Positions 1 through 7,909 of a stretch of DNA of 64,000 nt are shown one piece after another. Origin of the DNA: Planctomycetales bacterium. Its GTDB lineage: Bacteria; Planctomycetota; Planctomycetia; Planctomycetales; Planctomycetaceae. Within the stretch, counting starts at the first letter, position 1. Each line of letters opens with the position of its first letter. The stretch covers positions 854-64,853 of the forward strand of contig JBBQSE010000002.1 of the NCBI GenBank assembly GCA_038214195.1, given 5' to 3'. The translations under genes and the position numbers were made by a program. A model generated the notes under the pieces. It had not been told where the DNA came from, did not search any database, and worked only from the letters and a program-made list of their open reading frames with translations.

Positions 1-1
1 C

Positions 2-1444
2 GGCGATGCTGACAACTTTGAGTATCCTCGATACTGTCTGGATGCCTGCATCTTTCGTGTCTATGAAAATGACAAGCCCGCAAAGATCGAACATTTCCTG
101 ACATGGTCCAAAGACGGGCCGAAGGAAAATGACGTGACATTTGTCTCCGGAAATCCCGGTCGCACCAGTCGTATCTACACCATGGATGCCATCAAATATC
201 AACGTGACCAGTATTTGCCGTATGTGATGAATCTTCTGAGACGTCAGGAAATCGTCCTGCAGCAGTATGGATTGCGTGGAAAAGAGCAGGCCCGTCGCGC
301 TCGGGAGGATCTGTTCGGAGTTCAAAATTCACGCAAGGCCCGCCTGGGAATGCTCGCCGGTCTGCAGGATCCGCAGGTGCTGGCAGACAAGGCCGCAGCG
401 GAAAAATCTCTGCTGGAAACCATCAACGCGAATCCAAAACTGAAGCCAATGGCGTCGGCATGGCAGACGATTTCACAGACCACGAAAAAGCGTGCCGAAA
501 TCCTTGGCACAGGAGTCGCCGTCAATTCGCAGCTGTTTGGAATCGCACTGGAACTTGTCCAAATGGCGGAAGAGGACCAAAAGCCTTCGGGCGAACGGTT
601 GCCGCAGTACGCCGACGCTGGCCGTGAATCACTGCTGCAACAATTGTACTCCGAGGCTCCCATCTACACAGATCTCGAACAGGTTCTGCTCGCAGACTCG
701 ATTGCGAGAACACTGGAACTTCGCGGGTTTGATGACCCACTGTGCCAGCAGATTCTGGACGGGAAGAGTCCGGCTGATCGCGCGGCTGAATTGGTCACCG
801 GGACAAAATTGCTGAGCGTCGAGAATCGTAAGAACGTGGCCGCTGGCGGAATTGACGCCATCCGCCAAAGTGCCGATCCGCTGATTCAACTGGCAAGAAT
901 CGTCGATCCTGAAGTCCGTCGACTTCGCGCGATTACAGATCAGCTGGATGAACAGGACAAGCAGGCCTACGCGAAGATTTCGGAGGCGCGATTCGCGATC
1001 CAGGGGACGTCGGTCTATCCCGACGCCACGTTTACGCTGCGGCTGGCGTTCGGTCCGGTGATGGGATACGAACAGGACGGCCAGACGATCCCTGCCTGGA
1101 CAAACATTGGCGGCGCGTTTGAGCACCAGAAAGCACATGCCGGCCAAACAGATTACTCGTTGCCCGAATCATGGAAGAATGCAGAGGCGATCCTCAGCAA
1201 AGCCACTCCGCTCAACTTTGTCAGCACCGCTGATATCATCGGTGGCAACTCCGGCAGCCCAGTGGTGAATCGCGATGGTGAGCTCGTCGGCCTGATCTTT
1301 GACGGCAACGTACAGTCGCTTTCAGGCAACTACGTCTACACCGACAAGCAGGCACGCTGCGTCTCGGTTCATTCCAGCGCGATTCGGGAAGCTCTGCAGG
1401 TTGTCTATGGCGCGGATGGGATTGTGAAGGAGCTTGGAAAATAA
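2..1444 (+). CDS. S46 family serine peptidase (DPP7/DPP11-like), C-terminal ~480 aa; 5' end lies outside the window
   Basis: The frame is open from the window edge (GDADNFEYPRYCLDACIFRVYEN... precedes the listed GTG at 134). The C-terminal block 'TADIIGGNSGSPVVNRDGELVGLIFDGN' is the S46 catalytic-Ser motif. Confidence 0.85.
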   Translation, partial: GDADNFEYPRYCLDACIFRVYENDKPAKIEHFLTWSKDGPKENDVTFVSGNPGRTSRIYTMDAIKYQRDQYLPYVMNLLRRQEIVLQQYGLRGKEQARRAREDLFGVQNSRKARLGMLAGLQDPQVLADKAAAEKSLLETINANPKLKPMASAWQTISQTTKKRAEILGTGVAVNSQLFGIALELVQMAEEDQKPSGERLPQYADAGRESLLQQLYSEAPIYTDLEQVLLADSIARTLELRGFDDPLCQQILDGKSPADRAAELVTGTKLLSVENRKNVAAGGIDAIRQSADPLIQLARIVDPEVRRLRAITDQLDEQDKQAYAKISEARFAIQGTSVYPDATFTLRLAFGPVMGYEQDGQTIPAWTNIGGAFEHQKAHAGQTDYSLPESWKNAEAILSKATPLNFVSTADIIGGNSGSPVVNRDGELVGLIFDGNVQSLSGNYVYTDKQARCVSVHSSAIREALQVVYGADGIVKELGK

Positions 1445-1449
1445 CGACG

Positions 1450-2571
1450 TCACGTCTGCACAAGTCCGAACGTCCAGGTACTCAACGCGCCTGCCAGAAT
1501 CACAGGCAGCCACGCTGCAAAATCGGGGCTGATCTGGCCAACGGAACCAAGTCCAAAGCATCCCTGAGCGACCGCGTACAACGCTCCCAGCACACACGAG
1601 CAGATGACCATATTGGTGATTAGGCTGTGCGATTCTTTCCGCATGACGAGTGGCAGAGCAATCACGATATTCAACAGGCACAGGAACGGTCGGGTAATTC
1701 GAGAATGCAGCGCCAGGCTTTGTCCGCGTACAGGCCTCGGGCCGGTGCTGGGATTTTGAATTCGCTGAATCAGCTGCATCGACGACAGCAGCTTCATGTT
1801 TCTGCCGCGGTTATAGAGTTGATCGAAGCTAACCTCTGATACGATGAATACATCCTTGCCATTGCTGCTGGGAATGATCCGATTTCGCCCTTCTTCAGTG
1901 AGTAAATCCGTGTCCAGCACTCCCGTCAGATTTTGGAGGAGCCAGCCAGAACCATGTTTCTCCGTTTCGCTGACGAACGTCGCTTTCTCCGCCTTCAGCA
2001 CGCAGATCTGGCTGACGATTTCGGGCTTTGGCAGTGCGAAGCTGGCACCGACGAGTGTCTGCGAGTCGATGAGGACCTGATCGCCATCAATGTGCATCAG
2101 ATAATTCCAGTAGTCATAAACGGGCTCGACATTCTGCACCTGAGCGGTCTGGCTTCCACGTGGAGTTTGAAGCTGCACGGCCAGCGCGGGAATGACGAAC
2201 TCCTGATTGGCGATCAACGCTCCGTTCAGAATCGCGGTCGCGATGAGCAATGGCCGGAGCAGGCGAAAGGCGGGAATCCCGGCCGCAAGGATCGGGTAGG
2301 TTTCTGAATGCTTCTGCAGCAATCCGAGCACGACAATCACGGAGATCACAATCAGCATTGGTCCGGCGATCTCGAAGAACTCGGAGGCGCGGTATGCGTA
2401 GAACTCGATGATACGCAAAAACAAGTCCAGGTTTGAGGCTGAATTCAGTTGAAAGTCGTCGATATTGGTAAACAAATCGATGACGATGTACAGCCCGTAA
2501 GCGGCGACAAACAAGACTGCAAATGTATGCAGCAGTCGTCCCAGCAGATACCTGTCAAACGTGGTAAACAT
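1450..2571 (-). CDS. LptF/LptG (YjgP/YjgQ) family permease
   Basis: 'MFTTFDRYLLGRLLHTFAVLFVAAYGLYIVIDLF' is the typical family N-terminus. Several TM segments flank a soluble middle domain. The ATG at 2571 is preferred over the GTG at 2613. Confidence 0.8.
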   Translation of the reverse strand: MFTTFDRYLLGRLLHTFAVLFVAAYGLYIVIDLFTNIDDFQLNSASNLDLFLRIIEFYAYRASEFFEIAGPMLIVISVIVVLGLLQKHSETYPILAAGIPAFRLLRPLLIATAILNGALIANQEFVIPALAVQLQTPRGSQTAQVQNVEPVYDYWNYLMHIDGDQVLIDSQTLVGASFALPKPEIVSQICVLKAEKATFVSETEKHGSGWLLQNLTGVLDTDLLTEEGRNRIIPSSNGKDVFIVSEVSFDQLYNRGRNMKLLSSMQLIQRIQNPSTGPRPVRGQSLALHSRITRPFLCLLNIVIALPLVMRKESHSLITNMVICSCVLGALYAVAQGCFGLGSVGQISPDFAAWLPVILAGALSTWTFGLVQT

Positions 2572-3093
2572 CTTGTCCCCATCCGCCGTTTGTCGCCATT
2601 CGTCGCGAGTCACTCATCGCGACCCCTGCGCCAACTCGCCATTCGCCTCAGCGTTCTTTCGCTGTGACACGATTCAGCGGAACGGAGACACATTACAGTT
2701 CAGTTACGGAACGAAGGTCAAGACGGCTTTGTCCGCTGTCTGACCACAAACGCAGGAACCCGGTTCATTCAATTCTGGGCTTTCCGCCGTTTTCGAAAAC
2801 AACTACCGTCCTCTTGCTTCGGCAAAAACTGCCGCTGCGGAAGCGGTAGCGGCAGTGACGGCCTGAGTGGCACAGCATGTGCAGAAAGTGAGTTTGTTTC
2901 AAACGCTGTCTGAAATGCTCTGAAGATTCATCGGCGTTCTGAAAAAAATGCCAGAGTTTCTTGTAACTCTGACAACAGGTCTGACCAAACTGGAATGGAA
3001 TCCGGTGGGCAGACCACGTGATCAAATTGGGCTGCGAGATTGCGGCATCTATTTGGTCCGGGCTCTCAATCTCTTTAGGCAGGGACGCCACCT

Positions 3094-4689
3094 ATGAAGA
3101 TGATCATGTTGCTGATGATGGCTCTGGATGGAGCCGCCGCCTCAACCCCCGATGTGCAGCTGGTTGATTTTTCCGCTGGCTACTGCGGACCCTGCCAGCA
3201 AATGGTTCCCATCCTGCAGCGGATGGAACGTGCAAAATACCCGATTCGGCAGGTTGATATCACCGAGAATCCTGAACTCACAAAACAGTTCAAAGTTGAT
3301 CGCATTCCGACGCTCGTGCTGCTCGTCGAAGGCAGGGAAGTTCAAAGGTTTGTTGGCCTGACCAGTGAAGGAGAGCTTCGCCGCGCCATGGACCAGGCGT
3401 CGGCGGAGTTGTCAGAGAAGCGTGCACAGGCAGCGCCCCCGCGACCTGCCGGATACGAGTTTGCCACAATCGATGAGACGCCTTCCGTCAATGAACGTCC
3501 TGCGATTACCCGCACACCGGAAAGACCTTCCATTGGTCGCATGTTCCGCACGCTGATTGGCAAAGATGCCGCGGACGAAACGCTTGATCCTGCAATGGTG
3601 CGTGGCCAAAATCCCGCCACGGGTGAAGCTCAGAGCACCGATTGCAACGCGATGGCAATGGCCTCAACGGTCAGAATTCGGGTTGCCGGCAAATCCACTG
3701 TAAAGGACGAATTCCTGCAGGATGTCGGCACTGGCACGATCGTCTACAGTGTTACTGGTCAAGCCATCGTGCTGACATGTGCCCATTTGTTTCTGAACAT
3801 TGCCGTCAAGGAGGCAACTGTCGAAGTCGAAGTGTTTGAAGACGGCAAATTCGTGAAGTACCCGGCAAAGCTTGTCGGTGGCGATCACGATGCTGATCTT
3901 GCCATGCTGCGAATCCGGACGGGAAAAATCTTTCCCGCCGCTCCCCTCAGTGCAAAGATTACAGAGTTTTCGCTCGGACAGCCAATGGTCAGTTTTGGCT
4001 GCAACAAGGGCGAAGACCCAACACAGATGGACATGAAACTCGTTGCCATCAACCGCTACGACGGACCACCGAATCTCGTATGCACAATTGATCCAAGCAG
4101 TGGTCGATCCGGCGGCGGACTGTTCACGGCGAAAGGTGAATTGGTCGGCGTCTGCAGTTGTGCGAATCGTGACGAACATGAAGGACTCTACGCCGGACAC
4201 GGTGCGATTCTGGATCTTGTCCGTTACTGCTCCCTCAGTGAAATCGTAAAGACCGATTCAGCAACTGTCGGGGAAGATCCGGCCATGGCATTTCAGGAAC
4301 AGATGACGAAGCCAGTGGAGCCCAAATCGCCGCCAAAGAATCTGGAAGCCGCTGCCACGATCGCAAAGTCACAAACTCCCGCGAATATCCAGTCATCTGA
4401 TTCAGCTCCCTCGGGACGGTTTACCGGTGAGTCGCCGGATGAACTCATCGAAGTACCGGTCGCGGCGGAGATCACTCCGAAAGCTGTGCCTGTCGCTGTG
4501 CGACCAACAGTGCCTGGGATTCAGAGTGGCCCCGAAATCACAATCACAATTGACGACAAATCGGGCGCAAAAAGGGTCATCGTGATTCCTCAGGCCAGTC
4601 CATGGATGCTGGAAATGCTGACTGGTGAATCGCCAATGGTCAATGGGCCACTCACCACAGCGCTGCGACCGGGAACGTCGGTTCGATAG
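3094..4689 (+). CDS. Thioredoxin-domain / trypsin-like (S1-type) serine protease fusion protein
   Basis: N-terminal Trx fold: 'VDFSAGYCGPCQQMVPILQRM ... IPTLVLLVEGREV'. After a Pro-rich linker comes a chymotrypsin-fold triad: 'LTCAHLF' (His), 'DHDADLAMLRI' (Asp), 'SSGRSGGGLFTAKGELVGV' (Ser). The C-terminal tail is Pro/Ala-rich. Confidence 0.75.
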   Translation: MKMIMLLMMALDGAAASTPDVQLVDFSAGYCGPCQQMVPILQRMERAKYPIRQVDITENPELTKQFKVDRIPTLVLLVEGREVQRFVGLTSEGELRRAMDQASAELSEKRAQAAPPRPAGYEFATIDETPSVNERPAITRTPERPSIGRMFRTLIGKDAADETLDPAMVRGQNPATGEAQSTDCNAMAMASTVRIRVAGKSTVKDEFLQDVGTGTIVYSVTGQAIVLTCAHLFLNIAVKEATVEVEVFEDGKFVKYPAKLVGGDHDADLAMLRIRTGKIFPAAPLSAKITEFSLGQPMVSFGCNKGEDPTQMDMKLVAINRYDGPPNLVCTIDPSSGRSGGGLFTAKGELVGVCSCANRDEHEGLYAGHGAILDLVRYCSLSEIVKTDSATVGEDPAMAFQEQMTKPVEPKSPPKNLEAAATIAKSQTPANIQSSDSAPSGRFTGESPDELIEVPVAAEITPKAVPVAVRPTVPGIQSGPEITITIDDKSGAKRVIVIPQASPWMLEMLTGESPMVNGPLTTALRPGTSVR

Positions 4690-4771
4690 CCGACCTTCTC
4701 TCCTCCGGCAAACGCTGAAAGCCTTTTTCGAGCAATGCCCCGCTTCGCTGTCGGGGTATTGTAACCAATCG

Positions 4772-6493
4772 CTAATGGGCTGGTGGTGAATCAACAGCCA
4801 CCACCTCGGGCATTTTGGCTTCTTCACCATCCAGTCGCCGCTTTGCGTACGAACTCCAGTCGTCCAGATCCTGCTGATCGCGGAACAGTTCGCGGAACAG
4901 GTGAAAAATTGCCTGTGCTTCGTTCTTCTTGCCATCGGCAAGCAGTTTTTCAGCCTCCGCCATGCGTTCGGCGATTTCTTTGAGATGCGTGTCGTTCGCC
5001 AGAAATTCGCGCTTCCCTGCGTCGCGTTTTTTCTCCGCGATTCGTTTCCAAAAACGCGGTACGGAGATGACTTCGGCAGACGCATCGCCGTCGGTATCAG
5101 ACGTGGTTTTTTCTGCCCCCACGGGTTCGTTCTCGGGCAGCGATTCAATCAAGGCCTGAAACATTTCCAGTGATTCCAGCTTGTTGCGGTCTGAGCCTGC
5201 TGCCGCTCGCATGGCTTTGAGGCACGCCGTTTCGTAACCGTTTCGCCCATCGTCCGATCGGCGGGCTCTTCGATCCAGTTGGGCATCAATGAGAGATACT
5301 TCCACATCGTCCAGCCACGTTCGCATTTCGCTGGCGTATTTGCCGTCCGGGAAGCGATTCAGATAAGGGAGCAGGTACTTGCTTCGAGCATCATAATGAG
5401 CCACGGGATCGCCAGTCGCCATGGCCGCCTTGGCGTTCACGTAGAGCGTGTCTTCACCCGCCGGCAGCGAGAACCAAATACCGACTGCGATCAACAGGCC
5501 AAGCAGCGTCAATAGAAACCACGTTTTTTCATAAAACTCCGACTTGTCTTTTTTCTTTTTCTTTTTCTTTGTCACGGTGACGCTACCAGTGACCGGATCG
5601 ACAGACACAGACGCTGACCCGGTTGCTCCGGCCGCCTGCACGGATTCCTGAGAAGCAACGGCCACTGGTTCATCAGCCGAACTCAGAATTTGTGTCAGTT
5701 CCGTGTGTACTGCCAAAGCGTCAAACGGACGATCATCCTGATTTTTTTGCAACAAACGTTCAATCAGTTGATCCAGCGCAAATGGGCATTCAACGTGTTT
5801 CTCGTGGACGTTATAAGGGTAGTCATTCAGATGCATCATCAGCATCTCAGCCGGATTGCTGGAAACAAACGGCGTTTCACCAGTGAGCAATTCGTAGAGT
5901 AGACAGCCGACGGCATACAGATCGGTCTTCCCCGTAATCGGCGCGTTGCCGTGTATCTGTTCGGGAGCCATGTAGGCATACGTTCCGACAGTCTTCCCTG
6001 CCGCAGTGAGCGCCGTAGCTTCGGTATCTCGGGCGATCCCGAAGTCTCCAAGTTTGATGTGCCCTGCCTTCGAAATGAACAGGTTTCCTGGCTTCAGGTC
6101 CCGATGAATGATGCCAGCGTTGTGAGCGTGTTCCAGCGCCGCAGTGAGTTGCCGACCGACCTTGATGGCCTGGTCCCAGGTGAGACGTTTGCGTTTCTTC
6201 AGAATATCCTGCAGCGAGCCACCGTCGATGTATTCCATCGCGTACCAGCGCTGGCCTTCGTGAGTGCCTCCGCCGTAATACTTGACGATGTTTGGGTGTT
6301 TGAGTCGCTTTAAGATGCCAATCTCGCGTTCAAATCGCTTGAGCAGATTCTTGTCGTCAGAAAGTGCTGGCGGTAATACCTTAACGGCAACCTGTTTACC
6401 GGTTTCCGTGTAGGTCGCCAGATAGACGATGCCCATTCCGCCCGCGCCGATCTGGCGTCCAAGGATGAATGGTCCAATCCTGCGTTCTGTCAT
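4772..6493 (-). CDS. Membrane-anchored Hanks-type Ser/Thr protein kinase with an extracytoplasmic helical (TPR-like) domain
   Basis: GAGGMGIVYLA, VAVKVL, HRDLKPGNLF, DFG and YMAPE motifs. A poly-Lys tract is followed by a TM helix 'WFLLTLLGLLIAVGIWFSL'. Confidence 0.9.
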   Translation of the reverse strand: MTERRIGPFILGRQIGAGGMGIVYLATYTETGKQVAVKVLPPALSDDKNLLKRFEREIGILKRLKHPNIVKYYGGGTHEGQRWYAMEYIDGGSLQDILKKRKRLTWDQAIKVGRQLTAALEHAHNAGIIHRDLKPGNLFISKAGHIKLGDFGIARDTEATALTAAGKTVGTYAYMAPEQIHGNAPITGKTDLYAVGCLLYELLTGETPFVSSNPAEMLMMHLNDYPYNVHEKHVECPFALDQLIERLLQKNQDDRPFDALAVHTELTQILSSADEPVAVASQESVQAAGATGSASVSVDPVTGSVTVTKKKKKKKDKSEFYEKTWFLLTLLGLLIAVGIWFSLPAGEDTLYVNAKAAMATGDPVAHYDARSKYLLPYLNRFPDGKYASEMRTWLDDVEVSLIDAQLDRRARRSDDGRNGYETACLKAMRAAAGSDRNKLESLEMFQALIESLPENEPVGAEKTTSDTDGDASAEVISVPRFWKRIAEKKRDAGKREFLANDTHLKEIAERMAEAEKLLADGKKNEAQAIFHLFRELFRDQQDLDDWSSYAKRRLDGEEAKMPEVVAVDSPPAH

Positions 6494-6686
6494 GACTGCG
6501 ATCCGGCCTTCACCTGGAAATCTCCAACTGCCGCTTCATGGTGCCCGAATTCCGGGAACATGCAAACCGAAGCTGCAGTGTAACAGCGGCACCGACGACT
6601 GCGACGAAGCGGATTGCTAAAATCGCTTCAATCTTTGGCCTGATTCAGGCCTGATTCAGAGTTTACGCTGTGGCAGGGGTAATTTG

Positions 6687-7154
6687 ATGAATGGAAAAAC
6701 GTGTATTTTTCTGGCGGCAGTCATGGGATTCCTGTCCGTGTTGCTGGGAGCCTTCGGAGCGCATGGCCTAAAGGATACGCCTTTTCTGGAAAACAAATAC
6801 GCTGCAACGGAAGCCAAAGACATCGCGGGTCTTTCCGTGCCGGCGAGTTACAAGTACATGCAGGACTTTGAAACCGGCATCAAGTACCACATGACGCATG
6901 CCCTGGCGATGCTGGCGACCGGTCTACTCATCCTGCGACAGCCATCACGCAGCCTGAGCGTCGCGGCGTGGTGTTTCTTTGGAGGCATCGTGCTGTTTTC
7001 CGGAGCGTTGTACATTTTGGTGATCGGCGGTCCGAAATGGATGGGCATCCCCTGGGGCGCGATCACGCCAATCGGCGGGACGCTGCAGTTGATCGGCTGG
7101 TTCGCACTGGCCTTCAGTGCATTGTTCCTCAAGGAATCGGCCGCCACGCGATAG
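6687..7154 (+). CDS. DUF423 (YgdD/TMEM256) family membrane protein
   Basis: 'LLGAFGAHGLK' motif and four TM helices. The ATG at 6687 follows AGGGGT by 7 nt. Confidence 0.8.
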   Translation: MNGKTCIFLAAVMGFLSVLLGAFGAHGLKDTPFLENKYAATEAKDIAGLSVPASYKYMQDFETGIKYHMTHALAMLATGLLILRQPSRSLSVAAWCFFGGIVLFSGALYILVIGGPKWMGIPWGAITPIGGTLQLIGWFALAFSALFLKESAATR

Positions 7155-7166
7155 CGTCCGGTTATC

Positions 7167-7354
7167 GGATTATACTTCACGCAGTGCGAATTGATGTCCT
7201 TGTTCCGAGGCTCCTGCCTCGGAACACACTGCTCCCGAGGCTCCTGCCTCGCGAGATTTTCACAGGAGGCAGGAGCCTCCTGTGCAGCGCGTTCCAGGGC
7301 TGGAGCCCTGGAACGAGAATTGACAGCCTCATACCACGCGGCGTGGAGTATAAC
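7167..7354 (+). repeat. REP/MITE-like repeat family A, copy 1 (full length)
   Basis: Four GC-rich hairpin modules: CCGAGGCTCCTGCCTCGG x2, GGAGGCAGGAGCCTCC, and GTTCCAGGGCTGGAGCCCTGGAAC. Inverted termini are GGATTATACTTCACGC / GCGTGGAGTATAAC. It is near-identical to 12803-12981 on the opposite strand. Confidence 0.85.
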
Positions 7355-7360
7355 ACGCTG

Positions 7361-7469
7361 AATCAGGTTCCGCGTGAGAACAGGAGTTTTCGGGTGGCCG
7401 GGGTTGGAGAGCGACCGCTCGCAACCCCGGGGCTTCCTTCGCTCCGCTCAGTCCAGCCCCGGCCACCCC
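7361..7469 (+). repeat. Hairpin repeat family B, copy 1
   Basis: 'GAGAACAGGAGTTTTCGGGTGGCCGGGGTTGGAGAGCG...CCCCGGGGCTTCCTTCGCTCCGCTCAGTCCAGCCCCGGCCACCC'. By hand alignment it has about 5 mismatches to 60382-60489. GTGGCCGGGGTTGGA pairs with TCCAGCCCCGGCCAC. Confidence 0.85.
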
Positions 7470-7497
7470 TCAAATCTATCTTCAAATCAGCATCTCT

Positions 7498-7800
7498 TCA
7501 CTCAATCACGTCCTCAAGCAGCGAAATACTCACAACCTTGTCCAGCCTGATGTGAACAGTCTTGCGGTTGGGCTGAACGCCATGGACTCGGGCTTCGCGT
7601 ACGTAGATTTCGCGGGTGGTCGTCGAATCTCGCAGGTCATGCACATCCGCACTTTTCAGGACCACAGTCTTTTCCAGAATCGCATGCAGACGTCCGAGAT
7701 AGACAAAGGGCGATTCCACATCGACTACGACCTGTTTTCCGATGAAATCTTCCACAGAGAATTTCCTGCCCTGAACAGTTTGTTGACGAGTTGTGTCCAT
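7498..7800 (-). CDS. Hypothetical small protein (possible Sm-like fold)
   Basis: A 100-aa ORF divergent from hisC. 'FIGKQVVVDVESPFVYLGRLHAILEKTVVLKSADVHD' resembles an Sm1-type beta-hairpin pattern. I recognise no family with confidence. Confidence 0.45.
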   Translation of the reverse strand: MDTTRQQTVQGRKFSVEDFIGKQVVVDVESPFVYLGRLHAILEKTVVLKSADVHDLRDSTTTREIYVREARVHGVQPNRKTVHIRLDKVVSISLLEDVIE

Positions 7801-7909
7801 TCCTATTTTTACCGCTTCCGGTGTGAAGACCAGTCAATCGGGAGCAGATCGCTATACTTTGTGCGGCAGAGACCATCCATCGCAATCGGCTTTCCTCAAA
7901 GAATCCTCC

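Noticed and set aside
2765-3091. 108-aa ORF in the 480-nt gap between the LptF/G and Trx-protease genes
   Set aside because: It has only a GTG start immediately abutting the divergent gene and no SD. It is Cys/His/Arg-rich with no motif. The gap is more likely promoter/5'-UTR DNA. It contains an 8-bp-stem hairpin, CTGCCGCT..AGCGGCAG, around 2831-2857.
7200-7320. Possible mini-CRISPR array, considered because of the repeated CCGAGGCTCCTGCCTCGG / GGAGGCAGGAGCCTCC modules
   Set aside because: There are only 2-4 short palindromic modules with irregular 10-20-nt spacing. The whole block is itself repeated elsewhere as a unit, and no cas genes are present. It behaves as a REP/MITE.
6968-7555. 195-aa ORF running through repeats A1 and B1. 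ORFs 12806-13606 and 43215-43508 share 'FQGWSPGTRIDS' with it.
   Set aside because: The shared peptide arises only because each ORF crosses a copy of repeat family A. The flanking parts are unrelated, so these are repeat-derived artefacts and not a protein family.
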